64,000 nucleotides of DNA from Okamejei kenojei (lineage: Eukaryota). The stretch covers positions 19,964,001 through 20,028,000 of the forward strand of contig CM069165.1 in the NCBI GenBank assembly GCA_035221665.1, written 5' to 3'. Positions 13,015-27,000 of this stretch are shown piece after piece; the stretch's first letter is position 1; each line of letters starts with the position of its first letter. A program made the translations under genes and the position numbers. Below the pieces are notes generated by a model. It saw only the letters and a program-made list of their open reading frames with translations. It ran no database searches and was not told the DNA's origin.

Positions 13015-13806
13015 TCCAGTAAGACTAACTGGTCAAAATTTCCCCATTTTTTTTCTCCCTCCTTTCTTAAAAAGTGGAGTTACATTGGCTACCCTCCGTC
13101 CACAGGAACTGATCCAGTCGAGAGAACATTGGAAAATGATCACCAATGCATCCACGATTTCTAGGGTCACCTCCTTGAGTATTCTGGGATGCAGATCATC
13201 AGGCCCGGAGAATTTATCTGCCTTTAGTCACTACAATTTACCTAACACCATTTCCTGAATAATGTGGATACCCTTCAGTTCCCGCCCTCCCCGTAATATT
13301 TCTGGGAAGTTGTTTGTGTCTTCCTTAGTGAAGACACAAATAACTTCATTTAACTGCTATGTCATTTCCTTGTTTCCCATTATAAATTCACCTGTCTCTG
13401 ATTGTAAGGGACCTACATTTGCCTTCACTAATCTTTACCTTTTTACATGTATCGAAAGATACATATTCCCCGCAAGCTTTCTTTCATGCTCTTCCCCCCC
13501 CCCCTCCCCTCCTAATTAACCCCTTTGTCCTCCTCTGTTGAGTTCTAAATTTCTCCCAGTCCTCTGGTTTGCTGCTTCCTCTGGCCAATTTATATGCCTC
13601 TTGGATTTAACACAATCCTTGACTTCCCTCGTTAGCCACGGTTGAGCCGCCTTCCCCGTTTTATTTTTTCGCCAGACAGGGATGAACCATTTTCGTTAAA
13701 TCTTTGCCACTGCATCTCCACCGTCAACCCTTCAAGTATAATTTGCCCGTCTATCCTAGCCAATTCCTGTCTCATATCTTCAAAGTCTCCTTTCTTTAAG
13801 TTCAGA
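13015..13806 (-). mobile_element. CR1 LINE ORF2 fragment (decayed)
   Basis: LNLKKGDFEDMRQELARID and minus-strand 'GPDDLHPRILKEV'-type motifs, with frameshifts. Confidence 0.8.
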
Positions 13807-14881
13807 TACCCCAATATTGCAATAGTTTTAAAGAGCAGTTTCAATCAAAAGCTGAAATGTATTTTGTTAGTACTTTGGTTATATGTAAACTTAATTTCAG
13901 TTTAAGCTCTTTTTAAATTATTTTATTCCTTTTGCTCAACACACATCATTCCAAGAGAAAGTTTATGCCTCTATTCCCAGTCTAAGAGAGCCTTTCATGG
14001 ACCATGGGTAGTATACAAGAATATTTCCAATTTCCCTTTTTCTCCTACTATTGAAATTGTTCAAAATAAAACAAACAGAAATTTTGAATTCATCACAAAC
14101 CAATGTAGCCCAAACCACTCAGGGCCCAAAGTTAAAAGTGGCGCTTGCAAAAAATAACCCCAATTCTCAGTAAATTCAAGACTAGAAATGCAAAATGTTA
14201 CTTAAATTCAGCACTAATTAGATCCAAAAAGTTGTCATGATGCAGATTACTCTTCTCAGGTTGGTGTATATTGTTCATGGTATAGTTGTTCATGGAGAAA
14301 AAAAAAATTCACTCCACGCTATATTTGCAACTCAAAAACACACATAATTTAAATAAATGGAAAATGTTAGCAGTTTGCATATTCATGCAGAAGTGACTGA
14401 ATCAAAAACAATTTAAACAAGATGACAAAGGTCATCCATATTTCAGCCATGGTGAAGCACCATGCATTACATAAATATTTGTGCTCGTCATTATGCTCCA
14501 TTCCTGGACCACATAGAATCCATTGGCAGAGTCCAGCTTGCTCAAAGTTTTCTCGGGTTTGCTGGGGAAAATTAAATTAGTCTTGCTGTTCTTGTTCAAG
14601 CCAAACATACTTATCCTAAAGTTATAATGATGCCTTAAAGCCTTATCCTAAAGTTATAATGATGCAGATGATGATCATTTGACTTGTCAGGTCCATGTCA
14701 GCACCCAGGGGAGTAATCCCATTTTAACATTCCTGCGCTCATTATTTCCCAATGGCCCTACAACTTATTCCCTTTCACATACGCCATCAATTCCCCTAGG
14801 TTCTTTTTTGCAACTAAGAGTAGTTTACAGTAGCGAATTAACCAACCAACATGTCCTACATGTTCACATGATGTGATATCA

Positions 14882-15421
14882 TGTGTCGGAAAGAACTGCA
14901 GATGCTGGTTTAAATCGAACGTAGACACAAAATGCTGGAGTAACTCAGCGGGACAGGCAGCATTTCTGGAGAGAAGGAATGGGTGATGTTTTGGGTCGAG
15001 GCCCTTCTTCAGACTGATGTCAGGGGATTGGGTGGAACAGAGATGGAATGTAGTCGGAGACAGTAAGACTGGTGGAAGAACTGGGAAAGGGGAGGGGATA
15101 GAGAGAGAGGGAAAGCAAGGACTGTTTGAAGCTAGATAAGTCAACGTTCATATCGCTGGGGTGTAAGCAACCCGAGCAAAATATGAGGTGTTGTTTGTCC
15201 AATTAGCACTGGGCCTCACTCTGACAATGGAGGAGGCCTAGGACAGAAAGGTCAGATTTGGAATGGGAGGAGTTAAAGTGCTGAGCAACCGGGAGATCAG
15301 GTAGGTTAAGGCAGACTGAGCGGAGGTGTTCAGCGAAACAATCGCCGAGCCTGTGCTTGACCTCGCCGGTGTACACAAGTTGACAACTGGAACAGCGGAT
15401 ACAGTAGATGAGGTTGGAGGA
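14882..15421 (-). mobile_element. Penelope-like element 3' fragment (GIY-YIG C-terminus, 3' tail, mutated hammerhead at 14985-15012)
   Basis: Minus strand encodes SNLIYCIRCS...DCFAEHLRSV...QHLIF. Its tail is shared with the other PLE copies. Confidence 0.88.
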
Positions 15422-15900
15422 GCTGGATGGTGGGTGTTCAGAGAGGATGGGGGTGCAAGAGGATTATTGTATGGCCACCATATCATGCCATGTGATATCA
15501 CGCAAGTGATATCATGCCATGTATTGTATGATGTGCCCATTGTAAACAGACTTCCATCAATTATACATTTACAATGCCAAGCAAATGGCTGAAGTATGGA
15601 ATCCATTGTGCCCATGTAACTTATTAGGAGGAGAGAGGAAGAATTTACCAAAAAGACAAAGTAAACAGAAGACAAGAGAAGGAATTAATCGGAACAATGT
15701 AGAGTACTATGTAATCCCCTGGTTCACAACAGAGACAAAGGAGAAATCCTGAAGCCAAAACATGGAATCCCCACATGGATTTGAATGAAATTGGATACAT
15801 CATTACTCTAATTACTGGCCAAGTAACCAGATTTCATTTTAATACCAGTAACTAATTGGTTCCGCTGTTTTTCTTTACATTAACTAACAGGCAGCATTAC

Positions 15901-16019
15901 CTGCAGGATTTTCATTAGGACAACTTCGTCACTCGCAGGGTCTGTGCCCACAAAACGAGCATGTGTGACAGCATCAGCCATATTTTCAATTCCCTCTGCT
16001 GCACCTTCATGATTAGGGT
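15901..16019 (-). CDS. GBF1: GBF1 coding exon (exon 5 equivalent)
   Basis: 119 bp, ttttgcag|AC...CAG|gtaat. Translates DPNHEGAAEGIENMADAVTHARFVGTDPASDEVVLMKILQ; phase matches the flanking exons. Confidence 0.97.
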
Positions 16020-17893
16020 CTGCAAAAAAAAACACTTCAGTATTAACATCCCTAAACTTTTAATTAACAATATTGAGCAAATTAAGGCTACTTCTAATTA
16101 GTCCACTTAAAATTTGCACTATAGAGGTTTCAGAGTTTAATGGTGTTAATAAAACCAATGATCCACCATCATTTCTTTGCAACATAAGAGTGATTCAGGG
16201 TTAATTTCATTATTGGTCAATGTGCACTGGCATTTTTATTTATTTTGTAATCAACTCCTGGAACAAACCTAAAATAGGGTTAAGCATAGAGACTGTAGCT
16301 TTTGGACACTTTTGTCATGGACTTTTCACAACCTCATGGCCTTAGTAGGAAATATAATCTTCTGACTGGGATGAAACAAACTGGCAATATTGTGGTCTAG
16401 GTCCTGGGGTTTTAACCAAACAGGGACTACCAAATGCCACTGTGCATCTTCAACATCAATGTATTCTTCACTTTCCTCCTAAGTACATAGACTTTACATA
16501 ATCTTTCAAATTATCCGTCCATAGCGTGTGGATGAGGAATAGTTTAAGATGCTGCAGTCAAGTACCTTAGCAATGGCAATAATTAGCTGTGTACTCTGTG
16601 GATATATACATCAAGACAAAATGGTCAACTTAGAAAGCTTAGACAAAGGGAGAATTGGCTGAATAAAAGGTTTTAGATTACATCAGTGAAAATACCAGAC
16701 TAATGAATCTTACTGCTTCAACAGCATTGAGCTTCCTGAAATTCAAGTTATTTATTGAAAAATATAGACAATTACAGTTACAGGTTGGAAAGCTGAAGCA
16801 TAACTTTACAATGACAGAACTGAAAAACAAAAAAATTCACACTACTTCACTGTCACATAAGGCCTAATTGATTCAAGTAATTGCCATTGATAAGGAAGGA
16901 ATCGTTTAATCGAGAATAGTAGAGCAAAGTAAAATAAATTTTCATGCTGGCTGGAAGCAGAACAGAGGTTTTGTTTTGACTTAGTTGAGTGGCTAAAAGG
17001 AAATGTAATGTTGTTTGCCCAAGTTAAAAGCTGCTACACGTCTCAGCTGTGAGGAGATATTGAGCACTGCATTACATAGTTAAACTGCACAGAATGTAAC
17101 TAACTTCCTCAAAAGGAAATGCAATACTAACATGTTGTGATATAATGACAGTTCAAAGTTGAACACTTCCCATTGCCACGGATGATGTTCGCCACAACTT
17201 TTACACAAAGGCACTGGCAATGACCACAACAGCGAAGCGAACAGCAAAACTCACAGCACCAAGGATGGACCACAGTAATATCGGAGATGCCATTGATTTT
17301 TTTCCATTATTGATTTTAGTACATATAAAAGATGGGAATAAATTACTACATATAGACAGGGGGCAGGTGATCATTTTCTACCAGTAGCATAACCCCCCCA
17401 AATAAGCTACTTTCTTGAAGTTTAGTAACAATTTGGCACAACTCCAGGCAGTAATCTGATCCAAGGGTTCTGCCCCAACTCATGCTGGCAACAATGCCAT
17501 CATTTATTGCCGTTCATGTTTAGATAATTATTATAGCAGTACTCCAATGGAAGGACATAATGTATCTATTTGTCGCAGGACACTTATTACTAAGAAATCT
17601 AAATCTGGCAGCAAGTGAAGACATGAATAAAAATACCAAGATATAGTTTATAAATCAGATTCACATACATAGCAGCTGGTTGGGATCTTGTAGTTCAAAA
17701 CTGTACCATTCTCTAAACCAGCTAAAACTTTGCCCTTTTCTGTAAAGTGCAGTCGTTCCAGCTGCTGGCACAATTATTAGCAACTTCCTTGCTGAAATTT
17801 ATACCAAAAGTACAAAGGGAATTAAAATTTTGATTTTGCATGCTGAAAATACATTCCTCACTTGGGCAAACTACTTATGTGACTACTGAACAA

Positions 17894-18022
17894 GTCTGAA
17901 GAAGGGTCTCGACCCGAAACGTCGCCTATCTCCTTCGCTCCTTAGATGCTGCTGCACCCACTGAGTTTCTCCAGCCTTTTGTGTACCCTCGATTCTCCAG
18001 CATCTGTAGTTCCTTCTTTAAC
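17894..18022 (+). mobile_element. 129-bp non-autonomous PLE-derived insertion starting at the hammerhead core; 9-bp TSD
   Basis: actgaacaa at 17885-17893 and 18023-18031. The body matches the 3' end of the PLE at 27001-27130. Confidence 0.88.
17896..17923 (+). ncRNA. Minimal type I hammerhead ribozyme motif
   Basis: CUGAAGA-A-GGGU-CUCG-ACCC-GAAA-CG-UC; core intact, stem I weak. Confidence 0.7.
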
Positions 18023-18975
18023 ACTGAACAATACTAACCTGATTCCACTACTCACTATCTTTACAAACTATTTTATCTGTATCTTATTGAAGCTTTAAGT
18101 TCACTCAACAGCATCTCCATCAATGAGCAATTGTAATCACTGAGATCCAACAAACACGTTGATAACTGGGTCAACTTATTTTTTAAATGGTACTTTCAGA
18201 TATCTTCTTCAAACATAAAGGACTGAACTCAAAAACAATTCTGTGCACTCATTTTTGTTATGTCATATACATTCATCAATTAATACAGCATAATGAAACT
18301 GGTGCCCATAGCAAATGTAATCATGCTTGCAGGTCTGGACTAGGTTTCCTGACTGGGGTCAGAGTAGGCGTTGTCTTCCCTGGACTATGCATTTATGGTA
18401 TAAATGTAACTAAGGGAATGCATAGTTAACATGCGTTATGTTGGCAGTTTTCCAAGCTTGAGGCCAGTCAAATTTCAAAAGATTTGCAAGCCGCCTTATT
18501 GAAACTGTATTGCGAATCCACGAACACAAATGCAATACAATATGAAAAGGCTTTACTTCCTTTCCCGAGTATTTCTTTTACCACATTGGAGACCATTTGG
18601 CCCATCCATGTTAGTTCTCTGAGCAAACCCATTAATCCCATTTGCCACACATTTCACTGTAACCTATTCTCCCTCATGTGGCTGTCAATTCCCCTGGTCA
18701 GTAACCACTAACCTGCACTAAGAAATACTTTTACAAAACAGAGCATCATTATAAAATTATTACTGTTATGACTACTTTACAATTATTAAATCTAGTTAAA
18801 TTAAAATGAATTATCACCTGCAACAGTAAACACTGATATTTTATGCCAATTTTCAACATTAATTCAGAGCAGGTTTCCAGTTCTCTTCCAAGGACATAAT
18901 TAAACGGAAAATTTGCAATTCATAATGTAACATTGCTCCTCTTCATTTGTCAATTAATTTATTTATTAATTTTCA

Positions 18976-19900
18976 TGTGTAAGAAGGAACTGCAGATGCT
19001 GGTTTAAATCAAAGGTAGACATGAAGTGCAGGAGTAACTCCGCAGGACAGGCAGCATCTCTGGTGAGCAGGAATGGGCGACATTTCAGGTTGAGACCCTT
19101 CTTCAGACTGATGTCAGTGGAGTAGGCGGGACAAAGATAGAATGTAGTCGCAGACAGTAAGACTGGTGGGAGAACTGGGAAGGGGGAGGGGATGGAGAGA
19201 GAGGGGAGGCAAGGGCTAGTTGAAGTTAGAGAACTCTATGTTTATACTCAGGGGTGTAAACTACCCAAGCGAAATATGAGGTGCTGTTCCTCCAATTTGC
19301 ACTGGGCCTCACTCTGACAATGGAGGAAACCCAGGACAGAAAGGTCAGATTGGGAATGGGAGGGGGAGTTGAAGTGCTGAGCAACCAGAGATCAGGTAAG
19401 TTAAGACGGACTGAGCAGAGGTGTTCAGCGAAACAATCACCAAGCCTGCACTTGGTCTCGCCGAAGTAGAGAAGATGATACCTGGAACAGCAGATACAGC
19501 AGATGAGGTTGGAGGAGGTGCAAGTGAACCTCTGCCTCACCTTGAAAGACCGTTAGGATCCTCGGATGGAGTCGAGGGTGGAGGTAAAGGGACAGGTGGT
19601 GCATCTCCTGCAGTTGCAGGGGAAAGTACCTGGGGAGGGGGTGGTTTGGTTGGGAAGGGTCAAGTTGGCCAGGGTGTTTGAGGGAACAGTCTCTGTGGAA
19701 AGCAGAAAGGGATGGGGATGGGAAGATGTGGCCAGAGGTGGGATCACGTTAGAGGTGGCGAAAATGTTGGAGGAAAATGGTGGAGGATTATATGCTGTAT
19801 GCGACGGCTGATGGGGTGGAAGGTGAGGACAAGGGGGACTCTGTCCTTGTTACGAATGTGGGAGGGGGAGCAAGAGCGGAACGCCAGGATATCGAGGAAG
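18976..19900 (-). mobile_element. Penelope-like element 3' fragment (GIY-YIG region, hammerhead at 19079-19106)
   Basis: PGTFPCNCRRCTTCPF / RQRFTCTSSNLICCICCSR..LYFGETKCRLGDCFAEHL. Confidence 0.92.
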
Positions 19901-20859
19901 TTCCTTTTGGAGTAAATACCAGACTGGAGAAATGCTGTGAGCAGCAAAGCAATGTATGAGCTTCATATTTTCCATTCAATTGGAGACTTGCTAAAAATTA
20001 CTACGGCATTGGACACCTAAAGATACACCAAATCTAAGGAAACATTTTCAGATGCTGAACATGAACAATATTAAGAACAAAAGTCACAAAAACAAAAAGG
20101 TTACTTTTCTTGATTGCAGAGATGATCCGAATACACAATTTGATAACTAAAATCACCAAATCTAACTTACCAGCTATCAGCAATGTAACAGAAATGTCCC
20201 CTTGGTTATTTGACCTAATCTGCTAATCATTTCTCATGTGCACAGGAACTGTATCCAAGTATTTATATACCTATTCAAATTATTTTGTTAAATCAGAGAA
20301 GATTGAAATTACAACAAACATTAAAAATGAAATTCAGATTAACTAGAAAATTCAAAGAACCAATGTGGTGCAGCAACATATTTTGCCTCTAGCAGTACAT
20401 CACCTTGGAATATTGATTATGTTCATTAAAATGAAAATTATGCTTGTAACCACTGTCAAAAACATTGAGTAAATGTTCAAAGACCACCTCAAAAAATGTC
20501 CTCGCACCCAGATTCAACCGAAAATGGATGAATTAACTCATGCCACTGTCATCGGCTCATTTTCACAAAGAAAAATCATTGCAAGAAGCACTTAGATATT
20601 GACATATATTGGCATAATGTATTCAAAGTGCATGGATCTTTTTCAACTTCCATGTCACTGATCGGCTAAACTCTGCCCAAGTATAAAGCAAATACAGGAA
20701 ACAAAAAATACATTAATCAATAGAAATAACATTTATATTACTATAATTTACATATATACAACACATATTATATTAAAACATCAACCCATTTTGTAGAAAC
20801 GATACAAAACAAACCAATTTCACAATTAAATTAAGTTGAACCGATGATCAAAAGGATTG

Positions 20860-21190
20860 AGGCCCAGAAAGGCAATTCAAAAGCCTCAGACTTGGGTGAC
20901 TGAAGGCACAGTTGGCAGTGATACGGTCATAAAATTCTGGTTGAACGAAAGGCCAGAAAAGGATGAGAGACTTGGTCAGGGAGCCTACAAAAATAAAGTG
21001 GGGGGGGAAAGGAGAGAGGTGAGAACATGGTGGTGTCTAGAAACAAGAATGAGAATATTAAATTCTAAATATTGCAGGACCGGAAACCAATGTATGCCTG
21101 GAATTCACTTGTTGGTTAAAGTGCAGGGATCTGTATTTTGTACGAACTCAATTCATTGAAGATGCAAGATTATCTTGCTGTCCATTGAAA
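20860..21190 (-). mobile_element. Ancient L2-like LINE fragment
   Basis: gaaacaagaatgagaatattaaatt...ggaccggaaaccaatgta resembles antisense L2 ORF2 C-terminus as I recall it; highly diverged. Confidence 0.4.
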
Positions 21191-24100
21191 ATGAAGAATG
21201 AAAATTTGCTAAGCATTACTGTAATTGCAAAGAGAGAGTCATATTATCGAGACAAAAAAAAGTTCTGAAGCAATGTCATATTTTAACCGTCGCCATTAAA
21301 GTGGGTACAGGTAATCTTTTCCCCATCTTGTATTTGAATGCACATCAGTTAGCCAGTGAACAAAGACAGTATCAATGATAATATTGCAAAATGCAGCAAA
21401 ACTTTCAGAGGTTTTTTTAATTCATTCATCTTTTCTCAAAGGATGAACATCTCAAGTAATAGACTTAAACGTTTCAAATCTTACTGCATTTGAAGGTTGG
21501 TTCCTGCTGAGTTCAACAAACATCTTGCTACGGGACATTCATATATTTTTCCTGCAGCCTTTAGATTTAAATTGCGAAAGACTTTTTTATAATCCTGAGA
21601 TTTGGTTAAAGTGTGACATCTCAACCAAATTGCTTCAAACAAACGGGGGGGGGGGATCACATTTTGCTCACTCAGCAAATGCTTATTTTTCTTTCATTTA
21701 TTTTTTTTAATTTTATTTAAATTTTATTTTTTTAATACGCACACTTGCATTCTGATACTGATTAATTCCAAAATTACCTCAGCATTATTTTCCAAATTAT
21801 GTAATACTGGAAATTAATGTCCATTTTTTACTTCCATTTAATGGCAATCAAACAAGAACTGTGAGCCCTGTCATTACCATTTCCTTTGCTTCCTCATGCT
21901 ATTTAGCTATATTTCAAGCCCATAGCATGCATTTTGATATTCATTTTATTTCAGCGACTTTTAAAGCACTTTTGTATTTTACACAACACTTTAACATTTA
22001 GTAAACTCTATAAACCACTATTGTACAAGTATTTTCTATTCATTCTGAACTACCCTTGTTCCCTATATAATTAACTAGTTCAAACATATCTTTTTTTTAA
22101 ACAAGCTAGATGCACCAGAATAGAGCACTTAGAAAATTATTTATTCCGTATTAGTGTCCCCAATAAGCCAGTATTTTTTTCTACTGAAAGCCATCGACAT
22201 TGCATCCGAAACAGAAATGTTCACTGATATAGTCTAGGAATAGGCTGCAGTCTTTGGCAAGTTTGTGTGAACAAGGAAATCAGAGCTGATCGGCATTGTA
22301 ACTTCACATTCTTGCCCTTTCCTTTAGTGCTGATTTGAATGACTTTGCAACAAGGGCCAATGGCAAAAGACGAAACTACAAAAAAATTTAATTGCCCTCT
22401 TCATGTAAAAATGTTTCCTAAGTTCAAACTTGAATAACCTGCATCCATTAATTTTTACTACATTGCCCAAATGCAGGACACCCTCCTACAGAAATAGCTC
22501 CTCCCCATCTACCTTACCAATATCATATCTTAGCAGTTCTAACATCCATTAGATGCAGCTCTAGTTTCTGTAATACTTAATTTAACCCTCAAATCCGGGT
22601 ATTATTTCTCCAAACCCGAGTGGAGAGATTACTTCTGGGCAAACACTTTTCAATGTGTGCTCATTGTAATGCAGGGATTTAAATAGCTGGAGCATGATTT
22701 TTACCCCACTAGAGTTGAGATTCTCTACAATAATGACCAGCAATCTTTTTGACTATTTCTACCCCTGTTCATAATCTTTGTGCATGGTTCCTCAAGTTTA
22801 TTTCGATTCCTAATGCATGATCCTACTGAACACCGCTCTATGCTTTTGAAGTTCAAAATATATAACATCATATTTGCCCATGCCAAAATCCTTTTCTTTT
22901 CTTTTTAAATCAATATATCTTCGTAATTTAATAGTTAAAGCTATGTTGCTTGCAATGCAGACATCCTTTGAGTTTTCAGCAAATTATTTGTGTTGTTCTT
23001 TTCTTTCCCTGCTTTCTAAATCATTTTGAAATACGGTGACTGATTGTGTTCCAATGTACACCCTTGCAGTATTAGTCATGCCCTATCAACTTGGGTATCT
23101 GCAACTGTTTACTCCTACTGTCCTTTCATCCTTTTTCCAATTTTATCTTCAGGTCAGTAATTTACTTTCACTTTATAACTTTCTACTTTAGCTAAAAGTC
23201 CAAAGAATAATATATGAAATAATAATACTGAAACTATATGATCATAATACAGATATAACATTTGTGGGAAATCAGACAATTTCATTTATTTACACAAATA
23301 TTTTCTAAAATGTAAAATATTAATAACTACACAACACTTTACAAATTTATCTTTAAATTGTTCTAACTTCATACGAGGTATCCAAATAAATATTAAAATG
23401 TAATAGTGTTTAAATATTAATTGTTTCAAAATTGTTAATATGTCCAAATAAAAACACTTATGTAATCATTTAATCCAGGATGGAACTTCATTTCACTTTA
23501 TATTTAAATCAAATCAATGATGCATCTTCAGTAAAAATTCCAGTTAACCTATAGGTGGCACTATATACAAGCATGGACAATATGCTTCACAAAATGACTT
23601 GTAATTTTTTCAAAAAGTATCACAAAATTAAATCATCAATAAAGGATATCATGCATTAATCGCACATCCAAAAAAGCTCAAATTCTTAAAATAGCTACCT
23701 CACTATATCCCCAAACAAGATCTAATCATGCCGAATCTTCGTATTAAATTATGGTATTTAATATATATTCTGTGAGAAACCCGCACCTTTAGATTTGACA
23801 AAATGTAAAACTGAGCATTTTATTCCATCCTTGATCTTGATTTATCTCTCAGTAACAATTCATTTAAGAACAAATTTCGAATTTATCAGAGGCTGATTTT
23901 CCTTTCTGTAAAAGTAGCGACTCATTGATAAATTATTTGTGTTTTTGTATGAAACTTCTGTTCCATAAGAAAAACAACAATTCATAAGAAATGCATCAAA
24001 ATTCCAGAATTATAACCTTCTCATCAAACAGTTAAGCTTACTAACCATGCAGAATTATAACCTATTTAGCTCATGGACTATCAAACCTCATGAGAAGCAC

Positions 24101-26568
24101 GTGTAGCTTCAGTACAAACACCGTGCACGCCACAAAAACACGGTCCTGTGTAAAATGATCATTGTGTTGAATAAATAGGTTAGGAAGCCAATGGGTTTAA
24201 GTAATGTGTTCACAGACATTTTTAATTTTCCAAGTCAAGTCTGTTTGTTTAGCCACATCTCCATAGAGACTTTAATTGAAATTTATGAGGTCAGACATTT
24301 TGATTTGAAGCTATGCATGCGAGTGTGGAAACAAGCAAAGTCAAGTTGTTGGTTCACTGTGTAAAAAAAAATAGCCTGCTTTATTCAGAGTTCCATTCTT
24401 TTTTAAATGAACAATATAAAGATATGGGTTTATATCATTATATCTGGGCTGAAGAGTGGAAAGTCAAAGAATAGCACCGGCAATCATTGTAGATTTCAGA
24501 CTTAGTGGGTGTTGCACAAAGCATAAAGTGTAAGGAATGCGTTTGCAGGTAAAGAAATGGAAGGTGGCGGAAATGACAACAGAAATAAGGCTTTAAACAA
24601 AACTCTACGTCTAAGAAATATATCCCTCACAGAACTATTCTGTTACAAAATATCTGGTTGTTACTTAACCTCAAGTATAATCTTTCACATGCTTTGACCA
24701 CATGTTAGCTCTGTGCATATTTGGATAAATTGCACTCATCGGGAGATAAATTATCTTGGAATTTTTCTAAGTCTACTTCTTTTACAGTTAACATGTTTTA
24801 AACTCTTCCACAATGCAACTCAGAGTGGACATCGCCTTCTGCAGAGATCCCCAAGAGCAGACACTGAGACAGCTCAAAGTAACAAAGCAATTTGTTGATT
24901 CTATATGGAAGAATCATCATGTCAGGTTTAAAAAGATAAGCAAGATAGGAGCTTTCTGGGTCAAGCTTAAACTTCAATCAAATAACAATAATTGATTCAA
25001 GCGATTTGTGGAAAGCTCTATGTACATATGACTATAACAAAACATGTCAGGTTTCCAGGGTCCTAATCCTTCAGGCCAGTTTGGAATATTACAGCCACAA
25101 AGGATGCTTAATCTGCTATGTCAGCAATTCTCAGTAGAATCAGTGCTCTCGTCCATGTTGCTCTGAAGCTTTCAAGCAATGACCAAAACAACAACTCTGC
25201 ATGGATCAATAGACACGAGAAAATTATGCTATTTCTCACTTTCCTTGGGATCAGCAATGACTTCCCTGCGTTCCAGTTCTGTGTATTCATAGGTGGTTTG
25301 TGGTGCTAATTGAATCAGAGTCTCATAGACAAAGAAACAGGCCCTTCATCCCAGCATGTCCAACCCATTTAGACCATCTACACCTCTCCGATTTGACCAC
25401 GTTGGGTCAACATTCTTCTCTACCTTGCATATCAAATATGTGAATAAATGTCTCCTAAAATAAGTGATTGTATCCGATTCCACCAAACCTTGTGGAAACC
25501 TGATAAGATTAGCAGGTGGGTAATTTGGGAAGGGATGCACATCCTCAATTAGGTTTCTGCAGGCATCAAATGTATTGGCTCAAGGATTTAAATGCCACCC
25601 CAAGTGCTCCTCCATTTCAAGTGGTCCTAACCAGTATATGGGAGCGTTTCACTTCAAAGATTTATTGAATCTTTCTCTGTCCATGATTTAATTTCATTGG
25701 CAAGTTCTTCTTAAATTATGCAAAGGAGTCCATGTTTTCCTGAGTTGGTCTTTATAATTGGAGTGCAGCATTGCACAGCGGGACAGGTTGACTATTTTCT
25801 TTTGTGAAAGTTTTCATCAAAGCCGATTCTCTCACATGAGTCAACGTTGAGATGGTGACAACTTGGGGTCAGTTCATGTTGTCTGTGTACTGCAACTCCA
25901 TGACTAATGTTGAGGTGACATCACTTCTGGAGTAAAGATGATTGAAGTTGAATAGTCTTCATTAGCCCTATTCCAGTAGATTAGCTCTGCTCCAGTAGGA
26001 AGGAATGCAGCAACATTGGAACTGTTGGTTAAGGTTACATCCCACATCAATGTCTGTTTGCAGCCAAAATTTGAGAAACTTGTTCAACAGTCCCCTTCAT
26101 TGGCAGAATGAAAGGCTTTTGTCTCGTGGTTCTTGCAGCTCCCTCGATTTCTCATGGAGTTGTCACACAGTGAAAATCATGTCCCAGGCCACCAAAATGA
26201 GGTTATTATTCACAGGCCTCAACTGATTAAAAAAAGCCACCTGTCAAGATTTAAGATGGCTGGGTCAGGGCGAATAATCCTACCGTGGAAATTGAGGAAT
26301 TTCAATTCAGTTTAACTATTTGTGCAATTTCTTCTATTTTGGGATATGTAACCTGAGGTCTGCCCTGCATAATGTATCAATAAATCATCCTGCTCACTTT
26401 TATGTATTTGTCTATACAAGGATTTGTGGTTCTGAGGCCTTTCAACATACCACAAAGTGAGGAAGGAAATCATTAAAAATGCCTTACTACTTGTATACCA
26501 ATTCCATCATGTTCATGCCTCACCACTGTAGCAGGCAAAAAGTGTGAAACATCACCGAAACAAGATCA

Positions 26569-26679
26569 AAATGTCATCTATTCCTTTTCTCCAGAGGTGC
26601 TGCCTGTCCCGCTGAGTCACTCCAGCTTTTTGTGTCTGTCTTCATTTTAAACCAGCATCTGCGGTTCCTCCCGACACAT
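26569..26679 (+). mobile_element. Short PLE 3'-tail insertion
   Basis: aaaatgtcatctattcc...gctgcctgtcccgctgagtcactccagc...cagcatctgcggttcc. Begins at about the GAAA half of the hammerhead. Confidence 0.8.
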
Positions 26680-27000
26680 TGATAAAAATCTCCATTTGTA
26701 TTCTGAAAAAACTTCTGTAAAAATATCAACAAGCAAACTCAAAAGGGTGAGTCGAGGCAACAATCAAGGCCCTGGTGCCACACCATTTTCATGCTGTAGG
26801 GCATATTTGTTATATTTTATCTGTGTTTCTGGATAATTGGTTTTCCTACAGTGAGCCTTTAAAGGGAAGTGGTTATATTTAAAGATCTATGGGTCTATCT
26901 ATCTTCAATAAGTGCAAAATATTGCTGTTCAGTTACTTCTCAGTACAATTGCTTTGAATATTTCTTTTTGAAAGCCACCAACAAACAATATCATCATCAT

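Noticed and set aside
14610-14665. 24-bp direct repeat separated by 8 bp
   Set aside because: A local duplication with only two units; not an array or a CRISPR.
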